64,000 bases of DNA, taken from the NCBI GenBank assembly GCA_002269645.1, contig NIVC01000506.1:496001-560000 (forward strand). Direction: 5' to 3'. The notes under the pieces are model-generated. The model saw nothing but the letters and a program-made list of their open reading frames with translations, made no database searches and was not told the DNA's origin. Both the position numbers and the translations under genes were made by a program. How positions within the stretch are numbered: position 1 is the first letter of the stretch; each line of letters starts with the position of its first letter. This document shows, in pieces, positions 44,382 to 56,850 of the stretch. This DNA comes from Macrostomum lignano (lineage: Eukaryota).

Positions 44382-47300
44382 TCAGCGCTCGCTGAACTTG
44401 CTGTTAAGCCTGGTGGACTGCCGGCAGCCCAGCAGGGCGCACAGGATGACCAGCAGGCCGGCCAGCTGGAAGCTCAGGTTGAAGTCCAGCGGGTAGTCCA
44501 GGCCGGAGTCGATGCTGGCGGCGAACAGGCTGCCCGACAGCAGCGGGCCCAGCAGGCGGCCCAGGGAGCTCCAGGCCATCGACATGCCGTTCATGGAGCC
44601 GACAAGCTCGACCGGGACCGAGTTGTTCACCATCAGGGCGGTGCAGGAGAAGGAGGTCAGGATGGCCTGGTTCAGCAGGCACAGCAGCGCGATGCACAGA
44701 GTCCACACCAGGGCCGGCCTGGCGGCGGGGAGTTCGGGTGTACATTGATGACCTGGGGAGTAGACTGGTGACCTGGGGAGTAGACTGGTGACCTGGGGAG
44801 TAGACTGGACCTGGGGAGTAGACTGGTGACCTGGGGAGTAGACTGGACCTGGGGAGTAGACTGGTGACCTGGAGAGTAGACTGGTGACCTGGGGAGTTGA
44901 CTGGTGACCTGGGGAGTAGACTGGTGACCTGGGGAGTAGACTGGTGACCTGGGGAGTAGACTGGTGACCTGGGGAGTAGACTGGTGACCTGGGGAGTTGA
45001 CTGGTGACCTGGGGAGTAGACTGGTGACCTGGGGAGTAGACTGCTGACCTGGGGAGTAGACTGGTGACCTGGGGAGTAGACTGGTGACCTGGGGAGTAGA
45101 CTATTGAACTGAGGGAGTAGACTGGTGAGCTGTGGAGTAGACTGATGACCTGGGGAGTAGACTATTGAACTGAGGGAGTAGACTGGTGGCCTGGAGTAGA
45201 CTTCTGGCCTGGGGAGTAGACAACTGGCCTATTTCCAAATTGAAATAAGGCATGCTAAACTCACGTGTGCAGAGCATAGTGCGCCAATGGCAGGGTGGCG
45301 GAGCAGACCAGAGTCAGCATCAGAGTGTGCATGAACAGCTGTGAATAGGTTGGCATGGAATTATTTAATTTTCATGCATAACGCCGAAAATGCTACTATG
45401 CAGTCTTATCAGTAGTGCACCCTGCGCATGGATTCTTCACTCACCCTAGTAGCCCCGAGTCGCCGCTCCAGCAGGGGGAACACAATTGGCTGGAACACGA
45501 ACAGTGAGACGGCCGAAATGCTGAGCAGGGTGGCCAGGCTTTGAGCACTGAATCCGAGGCCGCCGTAATATGAGCTGGTGGGAATCCACACGATCACCAG
45601 GGTGTTCAGGTAAACTGAGCACATTGACTGCAGGAAGTATTGCGCTGCGGGGGCGAGAGAGGCAGGTGTGTCAGTGGCCGTGATCAGCTGGTTCGGGGGG
45701 GGGGGCTGACAGGCTGCTTCAGTGACAGAGGACTGACAAGGTTATTTCAGAATCGGAGGGAGCTGACAAGGTTATTTCAGAATCGGAGGAGCTGACAAGG
45801 TTATTTCAGAATCGGAGGAGCTGACAAGGTTATTTCAGAATCGGAGGAGCTGACAAGGTTATTTCAGAATCGGAGGAGCTGACAAGGTTATTTCAGAATC
45901 GGAAGGGAGCTGACAAGGTTATTTCAGAATCGGAGGGAGCTGACAAGGTTATTTCAGAATCGGAAGGAAGCTGACAAGGTTATTTCAGAATCGGAGGGAG
46001 CTGACAAGGTTATTTCAGAATCGGAGGGAGCTGACAAGGTTATTTCAGAATCGGAGGGAGCTGACAAGGTTACTTCAGAATCGGAAGGGAGCTGACAAGG
46101 TTATTTCAGAATCGGAGGGAGCTGACAAGGTTATTTCAGAATCGGAGGGAGCTGACAAGGTTATTTCAGAATCGGAAGGAAGCTGACAAGGTTATTTCAG
46201 AATCGGAGGAGCTGACAAGGTTATTTCAGAATCGGAAGGAAGCTGACAAGGTTATTTCAGAATCGGAGGAGCTGACAAGGTTATTTCAGAATCGGAGGGA
46301 GCTGACAAAGTTACTTCAGAATCGGAAGGGAGCTGAAAAGGTTACTTCAGAATCGGAGGGGAGCTGACAAGGTTATTTCGGAATCGGAGGAAGCTGACAA
46401 GCTTATTTCATAATCGGAGGGAGCTGACAAGCAGGTAAAACCTGAGCAGTACTCAGCAGTGGTGGCAGATGCTCACTCATGACTTTGATGCACTCGCAGT
46501 TGAGCAAAATCCGCCCCAGGTTGCTGGCCCGCATTCGCTCCAGAAACGGCTGTCCGACCCTGCCAGCGGCTTTTTCGTCAGCCGGTTTTGCGGCCTCCTC
46601 GGCGGCCGCGGCGTCGGGAGCTTCGGCGGCTGTCAGGACGAGGCAGTTCTCGGCCGATACGGCCGCGAGTAGCGCGACAGAGCGGCTGACGGAACCGCCG
46701 TGGGCCGCGGCTCGGGCAGGCCTGGGCTGCACGCTGGGCAGAGAGCGGAACGCCTGCGGAGCAAGTTTGGTGGAGATCGGCACTCATGGCCGATTTCTGG
46801 CGCTCCATGGGGATTTGGGACCGATTTCTGGCGCTCCATGGGGATTTGGGACCGATTTCTGGCGCTCCGTGGGGATTTGGGACCGATTTCTGGCGCTCCA
46901 TGTGGATTTGGGGCCGATTTCTGGCGCTCCATGGGATTTGGGGCCGATTTCTGGCGCTCCATGGGATTTGGGGCCGATTTCTGGCGCTCCATGTGGATTT
47001 GGGGCCGATTTCTGGCGCTCCTTGGGGATTTGGGGCCGATTTCTGGCGCTCCATGGGATTTGGGGCCGATTTCTGGCGCTCCATGTGGATTTGGGGCCGA
47101 TTTCTGGCGCTCCTTGGGGATTTGGGGCCGATTTCTGGCGCTCCATGGGATTTGGGGCCGATTTCTGGCGCTCCGTTGGGATTTGGGGCCGATTTCTGGC
47201 GCTCCGTGGGGTTTTGGGGCCGATTTCTGGCGCTCCGTGGGGATTTGGGGCCGATTTCTGGCGCTTCATGGTGATTCGGGGGGCGATTCAGCAGCGGGAG

Positions 47301-49270
47301 TTCGGGTCAAAGCCTGGGCCGATCCCGAGAATTCAGCGAAGGCCGGCTCACCTCAGCGGACGCGTCTCCGTTTTCAACTTGGCGACGGCTCTCCTTGCCG
47401 GCGCTTGGCGATCCGCCAGACTCGCCCAGCGGCCCGCCTGCTGAGGCCCAGCGCCGCCACAGCCGGTCCTCCCCCTCAGTCGGAGCCTCCACCAAGATCA
47501 AAGGCGCCGCCGCCGCAGTTGCCACTGGCTTCTCAATTTCGTCCAGATCGATGGAAATTCCCGCCCGCTTTGGCTCCTTCAGCAGCCAGCAGGACAGCAG
47601 CAGGATGGCCCCGGCGATGGCGGACAGAGCGATGGATGGTACCAGGTAGGGGAAGGTGGGCACGGCCCTGTACTTGGCCAGGAAGCCGCCCAGCATCGGG
47701 CCGATGAGGGAGCCGAGGCCCCAGCTGAGCGACAGGCTGGCGATGCCGTAGCTCTGGTTGCTGGTGTCGCTGATGTCGTAGATCTGCGCCTTGCCGACGA
47801 TCACCACACCGTTGACGAGGCCCGTGACGAGTCCGACGGCCGAGGCGAATCCGAAAGAACGGGAGAAGCCGAAGGCCAGCGTGCACAGCGACACAAGCAG
47901 CAGGGAGGTGAGCAGGGTGGGCCGGCGGCCGAACCGGTCAGACAGGTAGCCCCAAGCGTACCTGAGCGGTTGGGGTTGGGGATTCGTGCGGGTTATGCGG
48001 ACTGTTGACTGTGCTGTGTTCTAGGCTTTTTACTCTTTCAGAGGTTCCAGAATCGAGTCCTCGAGTATTGAGCAAGGAAAGCGAATTTGCTTTTGTGGCC
48101 TCTGACACTGCAGCAGATATCTTAGATGCATTAATGCCATATTCATGACAGCATGCTCGGAATGAGAATGACACGTGGACAGTCTTTGATTGCAAGGGAA
48201 CGCAACTCGAACCGTATTTTATTCCGGTTTTTACAGTTTATGAGGCTCAATGAAGGATTGGTTGCTCAGGAAGCAGTAGCGCCCATTTGAAGGACTAGGA
48301 TCATAGGTGGTGTACACAAAGCGAACTGTAAGGTACACTGAGAAGTACCATCGATCTACAGCAAACAGCATTCGGAACTGGCTGAAATCGCAATTGTAAG
48401 AATGGGTGAATGCCACAGACAAGAGGCTTATTTCTTTTTTCGATTGACTTGAAAAGTTGTAAAAAGTTCTTGGCGTCACTGTAGTAGCCAGTAAATGGTT
48501 TAAATGTAAATGCGACCCTGAGCCGCTCACTCCACGACAGACCGGTGGCCAAAGTGGCGCGAATAAAAAAACAAAATATCAGAATCGCAGCATTCTGATG
48601 ATTCATGTTGCATTTCACTGCTGCAAACTGTGCGCGCCCACGAGAATACAGCGGCCGGGGGTTTTCTGTATCAAGCTGCGGACTTAGATAGGCATCGCAA
48701 GATTAATCTGCGCCAGGCGTGCCGCCAGAAGAGAGAGAGAGTTCAGGTGAAAGTGACAAGGAGGCCGGGCAGTCCCGTGTTACGGTGCGGCGACTTACGA
48801 TGAAATCAGGCGGCCCAGATGAAACGAGGCGGCCACAAAGCCCACGTAGAAGCCCGCGTCCGCCTCCTGGTAGCCAAAGCTCTGCAATTCGGGTGGCGCC
48901 AATTCAAACAAACTTGTCCTGCTGTTTCATTCGGTGTTATTCCAGAAATTTCTTCTTTTCGAATTCTTACCACGACCATCTCCTTTAGAAAGGGCTGATA
49001 AAATGAGATGCAAGCGGCCGAGCCTGTCTGAAAATTGAAAACAACTGGCTTTGTGAGAGCATGACAGCAGCTCTGGGCGTCACTGCAGACTAGTTAATAA
49101 AGTCAATTTGAGATTGTTCAGGATTAGGAGAACAAATATTTTTTAAAATTTACCATCAGGATAAACAAGACAAAGAGCTGTCCCCATGGTGGTGGCGTCA
49201 CACCCTCTTGCACAATGGAAAACCTGCCCTCAGCATTAAAGCATGGGCAGTTCCGTCTGCTGTTAGTCAT
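44382..49270 (-). CDS. MFS transporter, ZIFL1/MFSD10-like. Exons 49270-49154, 49027-48971, 48881-48799, 47961-47352, 46753-46477, 45644-45445, 45338-45265, 44718-44382; 584 aa
   Basis: TPPPWGQLF, ISFYQPFLKEMV, GFYVGFVAASFHLGR, motif A WGYLSDRFGRRP, WGLGSLIGPMLGGFLA, YGGLGFS and GSMNGMSM..GPLLSGSLF. All seven introns are GT-AG with matching phases; 1755 nt total. Confidence 0.9.
44748..45225. repeat. 20-bp minisatellite in MFS intron 7
   Basis: Plus unit GACCTGGGGAGTAGACTGGT, about 23 units. Confidence 0.95.
45733..46435. repeat. 29-31-bp minisatellite in MFS intron 5
   Basis: GCTGACAAGGTTATTTCAGAATCGGAGGGA, about 23 units. Confidence 0.95.
46787..47272. repeat. 30/31-bp minisatellite in MFS intron 4
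   Basis: GATTTCTGGCGCTCCATGGGATTTGGGGCC, about 16 units. Confidence 0.95.
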
Positions 49271-50706
49271 TGCTCATTTGAATGCTAACAGAAAATAAGC
49301 TGAAAGAATTCAAATTTGGTGCTATTAATCCCATAGTATAACAAAGCATTTCATTACTGATAACAGTATTGAAATTTGTATTATATTATAATTTTAAGAT
49401 TAATCAAAAATTAAATTGAAAGCCATGAACAATAAAAAAATAATTCAAAACAAAAAACAAAAAACACTAATAACAAAACAAAATCCAGTCAAATTTACAT
49501 AAAAGCTACCCAGTTTTGTTCCAGGCACTATGATAATTGAATGTGTTATATACAGAAAGCTAAAATGCCCTGCCTTGTCTCTACCTAAATGACATATATA
49601 ACTAAGAGTATATAAAAGCTAGCAATAGCAAAAGCTATTTTATCTTCTATGGCAATTCATTATAGCAAATACAACCTGAAATACAATAATATTTAAGATA
49701 TTAATTTAAAAATGAGTGTGAATAAACAAAAAGCTATATAAAAAGTTGAATATCAAATATTAATTCATATCACACACTTGTTTGTTAGCTACTTATATCA
49801 CTATAATTTAATGAACCAAACCAGTTGAAAAGATATAAATCTATGTTTTAACAGTCTAAACAGTGAAACATCATTAAGATTACTATGCATTTGATACTAT
49901 AGCTTTTTATTCATAGTACAAAATATAAAATAAAAAGTTTGATAGAATATTAATTTATTATCAATGCTGCTACAGATTTACAGAAGCAAAATTAGAAAGA
50001 AATCTAAACTGACTAAAGGTATGGATATCGAAACGAACATTTAAGATGGAAGTATAAGTATTGGAGGTTGAATTTTATCGAACCTATGAAAAAATGGTTT
50101 AGCCATAATATGCAGAAGACGAATAGTATTAATTATAAAATCTTTGGAAAATACTCAAAATCGGCTTACCACACATTCTATTTAAAAGGTTGTGTTTATA
50201 CTTGTCACGAAATCTGTTAAGGCTCAGAACGCACTGTCTCAATGCTTTTATTAGATTTAACGTTAAACTATTGGTTGAACAAGATTAAAAATGTTTTACT
50301 TTATTATTTTTATGCAGCTCAAAATATTGTTGTTTTAACTTACTAAACAAATATTCAATGTAACTGTTTCAAAACTGATCCAAAGCGTATTAGTTAAAAA
50401 CATTAATCGTTGTTAACCATTCACTACACAGCTATATTAAAATATAAGAGAGTAACATGTTGTGCGTTCTAAATAAAAAGAAATATAAACTGTATTTGAT
50501 CTATGGTCTTCACTACCATAGATCAAATGCAGTCATTGATTTTGTGATGATTTTTTCCTGTCTCCACAGTGTATTTTTCCAGGAAATCAACCTCTGAAAA
50601 ATTTAAACCTATGAGTTTTACGTCCTGTTATATACAGTGGTCCTTGCTATATATAATGTAACGTATGAATTACACAGAATACACAGAAGAGTTACATGTA
50701 GGCACC

Positions 50707-53700
50707 AATAAACAAACTAAAGTACTGAAGTCGAGCCAGGCGGACGGTGGAAAGAAAGAGCATGCAGTTCGCAACAGACGCAAAAAGCAACAACAACAAA
50801 AGGCATTGTCAGCCAGTCAAGCGTGGGACAATGTCACAAGGTGCGTTTCAGGCCTGGACAAGAACGTAGGCCGCACCGCCGGCAGTATCCGAAGCCCCGG
50901 CATCAGCCAGCAAACAGTCGATGTCGATGGAACGCCGAGTGCGCGCCTGCGCCCGCCAGTAGGGTGTCTGCAGCGTCAGCAGCAGTACCTTCTTCACCGA
51001 CTGTGGACAGAACGACCCGGCTCGGATAATATGACCTGCAGCTGGAGTCGCCGACGGCGCAACAGTTCGCTGGGACGGAACAGGCCGGTGAGGCGATAGA
51101 GTGCCGCATTGGTGACTCGCTTGTAGCCGATCTTGAAGGCGGCGCGCATCAGGCCAGCGTGTGCCGCATCGATCGACTTGCTGTTCTAGCAAAATCCGTC
51201 AGCGTCCAGGTCTCGACGTTGTACAAAAGGACTGTGTCGATCACCGCCTGGAACAACCGCTCTGGCGGTCAGGCAGGGCCTCGGACTGCAGGACAGCCCT
51301 TACGAAGCGAAAGGCAGCTCAGGAAAGTCCTCCGCGGCGACGTCGTAGATCCTGGCGAACGTCAGGCACTAGACCGCCGAACTGCTGACAGCGCGGAAGC
51401 CTCGTCCCCTGTCCGTCAGCGTCTCGGCAGAAAATATAGCAGCCTCGATGTCGTCCGGCACGCAGAGCACGACGGTCTTCTGCATGTTGACCACCAGGCC
51501 AACGCTCGCTGCAACACTTACCAGCCGGTCCAGCTGGCGTTGGGCGCCTTCGACGGTCGAAGACAGCAGGGCGAGATCGTCGGCTTAGCCAAGCACGCTG
51601 AGCCGCCTTTCCGGTTGGCGTCGACCCACGCGTCGCTGCAGCAGGAAGCCGTCGTCGTTAGAAGCGAGAGCAGACCGCAGCACCCAGTCAAGCACCAGAA
51701 CGAACAGGAACGGTGCAAGCGTATCTCCCTGAAGCACCCCAGAGGGTGTCTTAAAGAAATTTGACAGGCCGTCCGGTGTTAGCACAGCTGCGTTCGTGCC
51801 ATGATACAGCGCCATGACGGCGGAAATCAGCTGCTCTGGCACGTTATACGCACGAAGCACCATTTGGCACGAAGCGCCACTCGGCCCTCACCACCGAGTC
51901 GTAAGCCTTCCTGAAGTCAATAAAGAGAGCAATCAGGCTCGACTGACGGGTCTGCGCTTCCTCGATGACTCGGCGAAGAGCCAGGATCTGCGCCACTGTG
52001 CCGCGATGGGGCCGGAACCCGTTCTGCTCAGGTTGCAAATGCGGATCCAGCACGGGCTGCAACCGGGATAGCAGCATCCGGTTGAACAGCTCAAGGACCA
52101 CTGTATATAGCTTCGCAGCGCAGGACTGCAGGCAGATACCTAGGTGCTTTTCAAGCCGTGTGGTACCCGGCTTCTTCGGAATAGCGACGATGTGCGCCGC
52201 GTGTCCATTCGTTGGCTGCCGCATCACCGAAGAGCACGCGATTTATCACACTGGCGACCTCGCTGGCCACACAGTGGAGTCGCAGCGCCGCGTCCGGACC
52301 CAGCGCTTTGCCGCCCAGAGTCCTCAGGGCGAGCAATCACAACGTCGGCTGTGCTGGCTGGTGCTACATTGAAACTCTCCTCTGCCGGCAACGGCGCCCC
52401 CGCGGCAGCCTCAGATCGTTTGGCAGCGGGGGCGGCGGCGCGTTGACAATGGCGGCGAAGAACTCGAGCAGCTCATTCTGCTCTCATCCGGAGTGTCACC
52501 AGCCAGGTTGAGCTGGATGCGCCGCTTCCGCTCGGTCAGAGAGTTGATGGCGGCGAAGGCCACGCGCCCTTTAGTGTCGAGTCCAGCGGCGGTGACGGCC
52601 TGGATGGCGTCGTCAACAGCGGCCTGTTGCCGCTGCAGGTAGACAGCCACCAGAGCCTCCTCCGCTGCTCCTCCTCCGCAGGAGTTGGCTGTCTGCTCAG
52701 ACGGAGCCGATCTCCAGCTTCCTCGCTTGCAGAATCCCAGGGTCGTACTGCCAGACCGGCTGCCTATGTTGGGCCGGTTGCATCAGCCGAACTGTTTGCT
52801 TCGCCGCGGCTCTAACCGCGGAACTTACCTCCGTGTACTCGGCGCGCCCGCACCTGTAGCCAAGCGCGCTGACGAAGGAGCTAGCGAAATGGTAAATATG
52901 CGTCTACTTGAGAGCACGTTTGTAGCGCCGCGGTGGGCGCTTCTGTGGACGGTAAAGCGGACCGTGTACAAGCAGGTCGCAGACGAGGAGCCGATGGTCG
53001 GACCGCAGAGCCAGCGGCGTGATGGTGGGGCAGTTTACAGTACGGCGGCGCTTACGGAGACGCAAGCACGTGATCGAGCTGTGCCTGCCTCCGCCGGCCG
53101 TACCGGCCGCGCGCATTCCTCCGCCACCGCTTGCAGCTCACGAAGGTCGCGAGCCTGCCGGGTGGCTTGCGGAAGCAGGTGTTGGCCAAAAATCATATCC
53201 TGACTCTCTAAGAAGTCCTCCAGCGCTCCGGTGTTGCTGTTCTCGCGCGGTGTCACAAACAGCGACCGCTCGGATCTACACAAAACCGCGTTCAGGTCTC
53301 CGAGGACCACTGTGTCACGCTGCGCGTCTCCTCCACCTACGCCGAGAGCTGCTCGAAGAAGACTTGAGCCTCGTCAGGTCGGGTGGCAGGAGGCGCATAC
53401 GCGCAGATCAGCCGAGCGTTCCAGAAGTCGATCCGAAGCAGTCGGTCAGACAGGGAGATGCAGCGACAGCTCTGCTGCAGCCTCGTTCCAACCAGCGCTT
53501 TAACTCCTCCATGGCCTCGTTGGTCCGCCGAAGTGTACCAGAGAGTCCAACTGGAGCCTAGGTCCTTACAATGAATTCCCGGGTCGGCCCTGATGGACGC
53601 CTCTTGCAGCGAGATGACATCGCATCTTAGATCGAGCGCTAGCTGCGCATTCCTCTCACCCTTGCCTTGAGAGTGCGGCAGTTCAGCGTCCCGATGATGT

Positions 53701-53740
53701 GTTCCTTATTACCCGACTTGTGATAATCAAGGAGCACTCA
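50707..53740 (-). mobile_element. Near-full-length but frameshifted RTE-like LINE (APE endonuclease plus RT), same family as 39662-40885
   Basis: Minus fragments: IIGTLNCRTL and VLGDLNA (APE); HIVAIPKKPG..ICLQSCAAKL; QNGFRPHRGT; FIDFRKAYDSV; GVLQGDTLAPFLF; and a 3' TTG/TTTG tail. The 5' boundary is uncertain and may extend to about 54400. Confidence 0.88.
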
Positions 53741-56700
53741 CTTCTAGCTCTGTAGCTAGGCAACCCAGTAATAAAATGAAGGGATCTCTTGAGTAGTCCT
53801 CGATCGTTGACTGTAGTTCTGGTACGGTTCTCAGTTGACCAATAGATCAATTGGCCAGGCGCTTTGTCTCTTCAGTAGTCCTGGTCCAGGTTCTTCTTCT
53901 CGGAATTGTCGTCGGCCGGTATCTGTAGTTCGGACCAATAGGAAGCTTCCAATTACAATGGGTACCCTGCGCCAAACTGCGGTCTTAATTAAGCCTCCTT
54001 CTTCTAGCAGTGCCTCTATGCACTCTAGGAATAGCTCCGGAAACCACTGATAGTCTTCTAAGATCTATCAGGGGCAGTCCTTCTGGAGACTGCAACCAGT
54101 GGAGTCTAAACCGACTCAAGAGTCTCAACAGACTCAACTAAACTCAAGTCACACTAGACTTGAGCGAGACGTCTCTAACAACAACGGGCGCAAATAAGGA
54201 AGGCTTACCGCAACAATCGACCGAGTCTTGGTCCAGGAAGTCCGACTGTGGCTTCCTCTTCGGAGCTCTTCTCCTTCCGGAGGAATTGTTGGCTCTGGGT
54301 CCGTTCCGGACCACTTGTATTTATAGGCGTTCAGACCTCTCTCGAGGTCGTACATCACTGTCTTCGCAAATGTCAAAGGGTCACGATTCGGTGGCTGTCA
54401 AGCATGACAGGGTAGAAAGTTGCGCAACTAGTCTACTGTAAAAGCGCATGATTGGTTACCGTAGCTGGTAGACTTTGATTGGTTCAACCGGTGCAACCCG
54501 AGTGCAAACCAAATGATGACTTGAAGGTGGGGTTTGAATTGACAGTTGTTGGTCGCACGTGATTGGGTGATTTCTAAAATTAGCATGCTCGAGATTTCTC
54601 TCTTTCTATTGGTTAATTCGAATATATGTATGGTTCAGCGCATATCCTTTATACATGCTCCTCAATTTACTACTATTTAAGTAGTACGTTAACAATTTTA
54701 AATAACTTTTCAGGGAGATATAATACTCTACACCGACCCGAAGCGTGCCCTGGCATACAACTGGGGCTCGATGACAATGAGCCTCACGGTCTCCGGCGCC
54801 ACCCGGAAGATCTGATTAGCCAAGGATGGCAGTAGCTCGACGGGCGGAACCTCATTGCCGACCTCGCCGGTTTTGCTCACGCCGACGTTCAACTCGCTTC
54901 CTCGCTCGCTTCCCTGCCCTCGCTTGGTTCTGCTGCTGTTGGCCGCCTCAGCAGTTAAGCGGCTCTCCAACTACACCACAGGGAGGTTGCGGAATTTATC
55001 TGCACCGCGGTGCAAATATAATAAGTCAAGAGAAACAGACGGCGCTCGTGTACCTCACCATAGCGCTCCAGAGCATATCACGAGGAAAGTCCGATAGGCC
55101 GTCACACAGCAGCTAATTTCGTGTCGCGGTTGACGTTGATCGCCATGATGGAGAAAAAGCATGCATACTATATTTTGTACATACATCATGTCAGTATGTT
55201 TGTAGTTGGACAGCTTCTACATGTACATGTACATAGTTGATAACGGGCCCTGGGGTACCAAATTCAATAATAACAACACAGATTCCGAAAATATTTCCTT
55301 TCCGTTTCGTCTTCGTCCCCATACGTACATGTTCATGTAAAATTTAGGGCGACGCCTGACAGCTTATACAGTCGCATACGAGACTTGTACATGTGCATAC
55401 AGGTACCCAACCAGGTGAAACTGTGGAAATTGCATGGCTCTTCGTTTGAACAGGCAAACATGGCAAATGTCAACACAGGCATCTATTTTTATAGCCAAAC
55501 ACGTTTCGTGACACTACTTCTTCAGAGCACGTACCATATAATGCACCGCGAGTACATTTATATTTCAAAATGGCTCAAGAAAATGATTTACAAGCCCTAA
55601 AAGTGGAATCCGAAAGAAAGCACAGGGTGAACAAGAAAACATAATGAACAGTACATGTACTACCACCTTGTCTATTAATACTTCGTAATAATATCAATTC
55701 TGCGTAATTCGCTCGTTTCCCTCAACTGTGCAAATACGTAAGCAGTCAATGTAGCAAGCAACTTTGGCTAGTTGCTTGCGAGTGTTTTATGTAGTTAGCC
55801 AGAATTCAGCTCAAAAAAGGAGTCGAGTGTGGCTGTGCCTGTGTACAGTTGCGCCCCCCCCCAAGTCTGCGCCGCCACTGCCTGTGTATTTATTGTCTGA
55901 CTGAACCGGTTTTCTGTTCCATCAGAGTGCACACGGTGATATGCTCGAGTCAGGGAATCGGGTAGACTGCAGAGTCACTGCAGGTGCAAACTGCCTCTCT
56001 CTGGGCGAGCCCATTGTTGCAGCGTGGATGTTCAATAAAACCGAAGTGAGACGAGAGCCCATTGTTGCACCCAAGCGCGTGTATGCGCTGAGCACTCCGA
56101 AAAAAATTTCTTTTATTCGCAGCCAGACTTCCTGCGCAGTCTGCGTCTCTGTGTGCAAAGCACTATTGTAATGGTAAACCTAAATAATAAAAAACCATAA
56201 AAACCAGACTTTACTAATATAATGCAGTTTTTTGACTCACTACTGCATTATTTACATGACCATGTTAAATTTAGGTAAATGGCGCGTTTAGCAGTGATTT
56301 CAAAGGATCTAAACTCGAAAAGCCCCTCTTTTAGTTCGACTTTCAAGCGACACAGAAAGTTCACCCAATGCCATCGGCATGATCCTCGCTAAGGGCCTCA
56401 GCACAATACCAGCATAGAGCAGCTGCTCGAGTCAAATATTGTTTAAATCAATTATAAAATAGGGATGAACAGTCTGAATAGTATTTTGATAAATATGAGC
56501 CGTTAAATAAAGAGGGGTTATGCTGTTGTGAGCTGAGTATAAAATAGCTCGTATTAAGCTGGTGAACGCACTTTTCGTATAATTTAAAAATCATATCCTA
56601 AGTTTTCGTATGCCATGATGCGATTAATTTTTGCGCTGCGATTGAAGCGACTTTCGTTTTCCAATATTCGCAAGTTTAATTTTACAATCGCCAAGAAGAG

Positions 56701-56850
56701 GACATGAATAAGTCAAAGTCGTAAATTTGCACAAAGGGCTATTGACCCTTTGATCTTTCTATTGACGTGAAAATTCGAATCAACCATTTTAACGGCAAAG
56801 AATTAAATGGTTTAAAAATCTAGCGATGCAAAGTATATCAGCACGGAGTC

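Noticed and set aside
48231-48618. Two minus-strand ORFs inside MFS intron 3
   Set aside because: No recognisable motif, and not needed for the phase-consistent MFS model.
54720-55130. GC-rich island with 80-96-aa ORFs (possible TE ORF1, LTR or exon)
   Set aside because: No diagnostic motif, repeat boundary or convincing splice pair.
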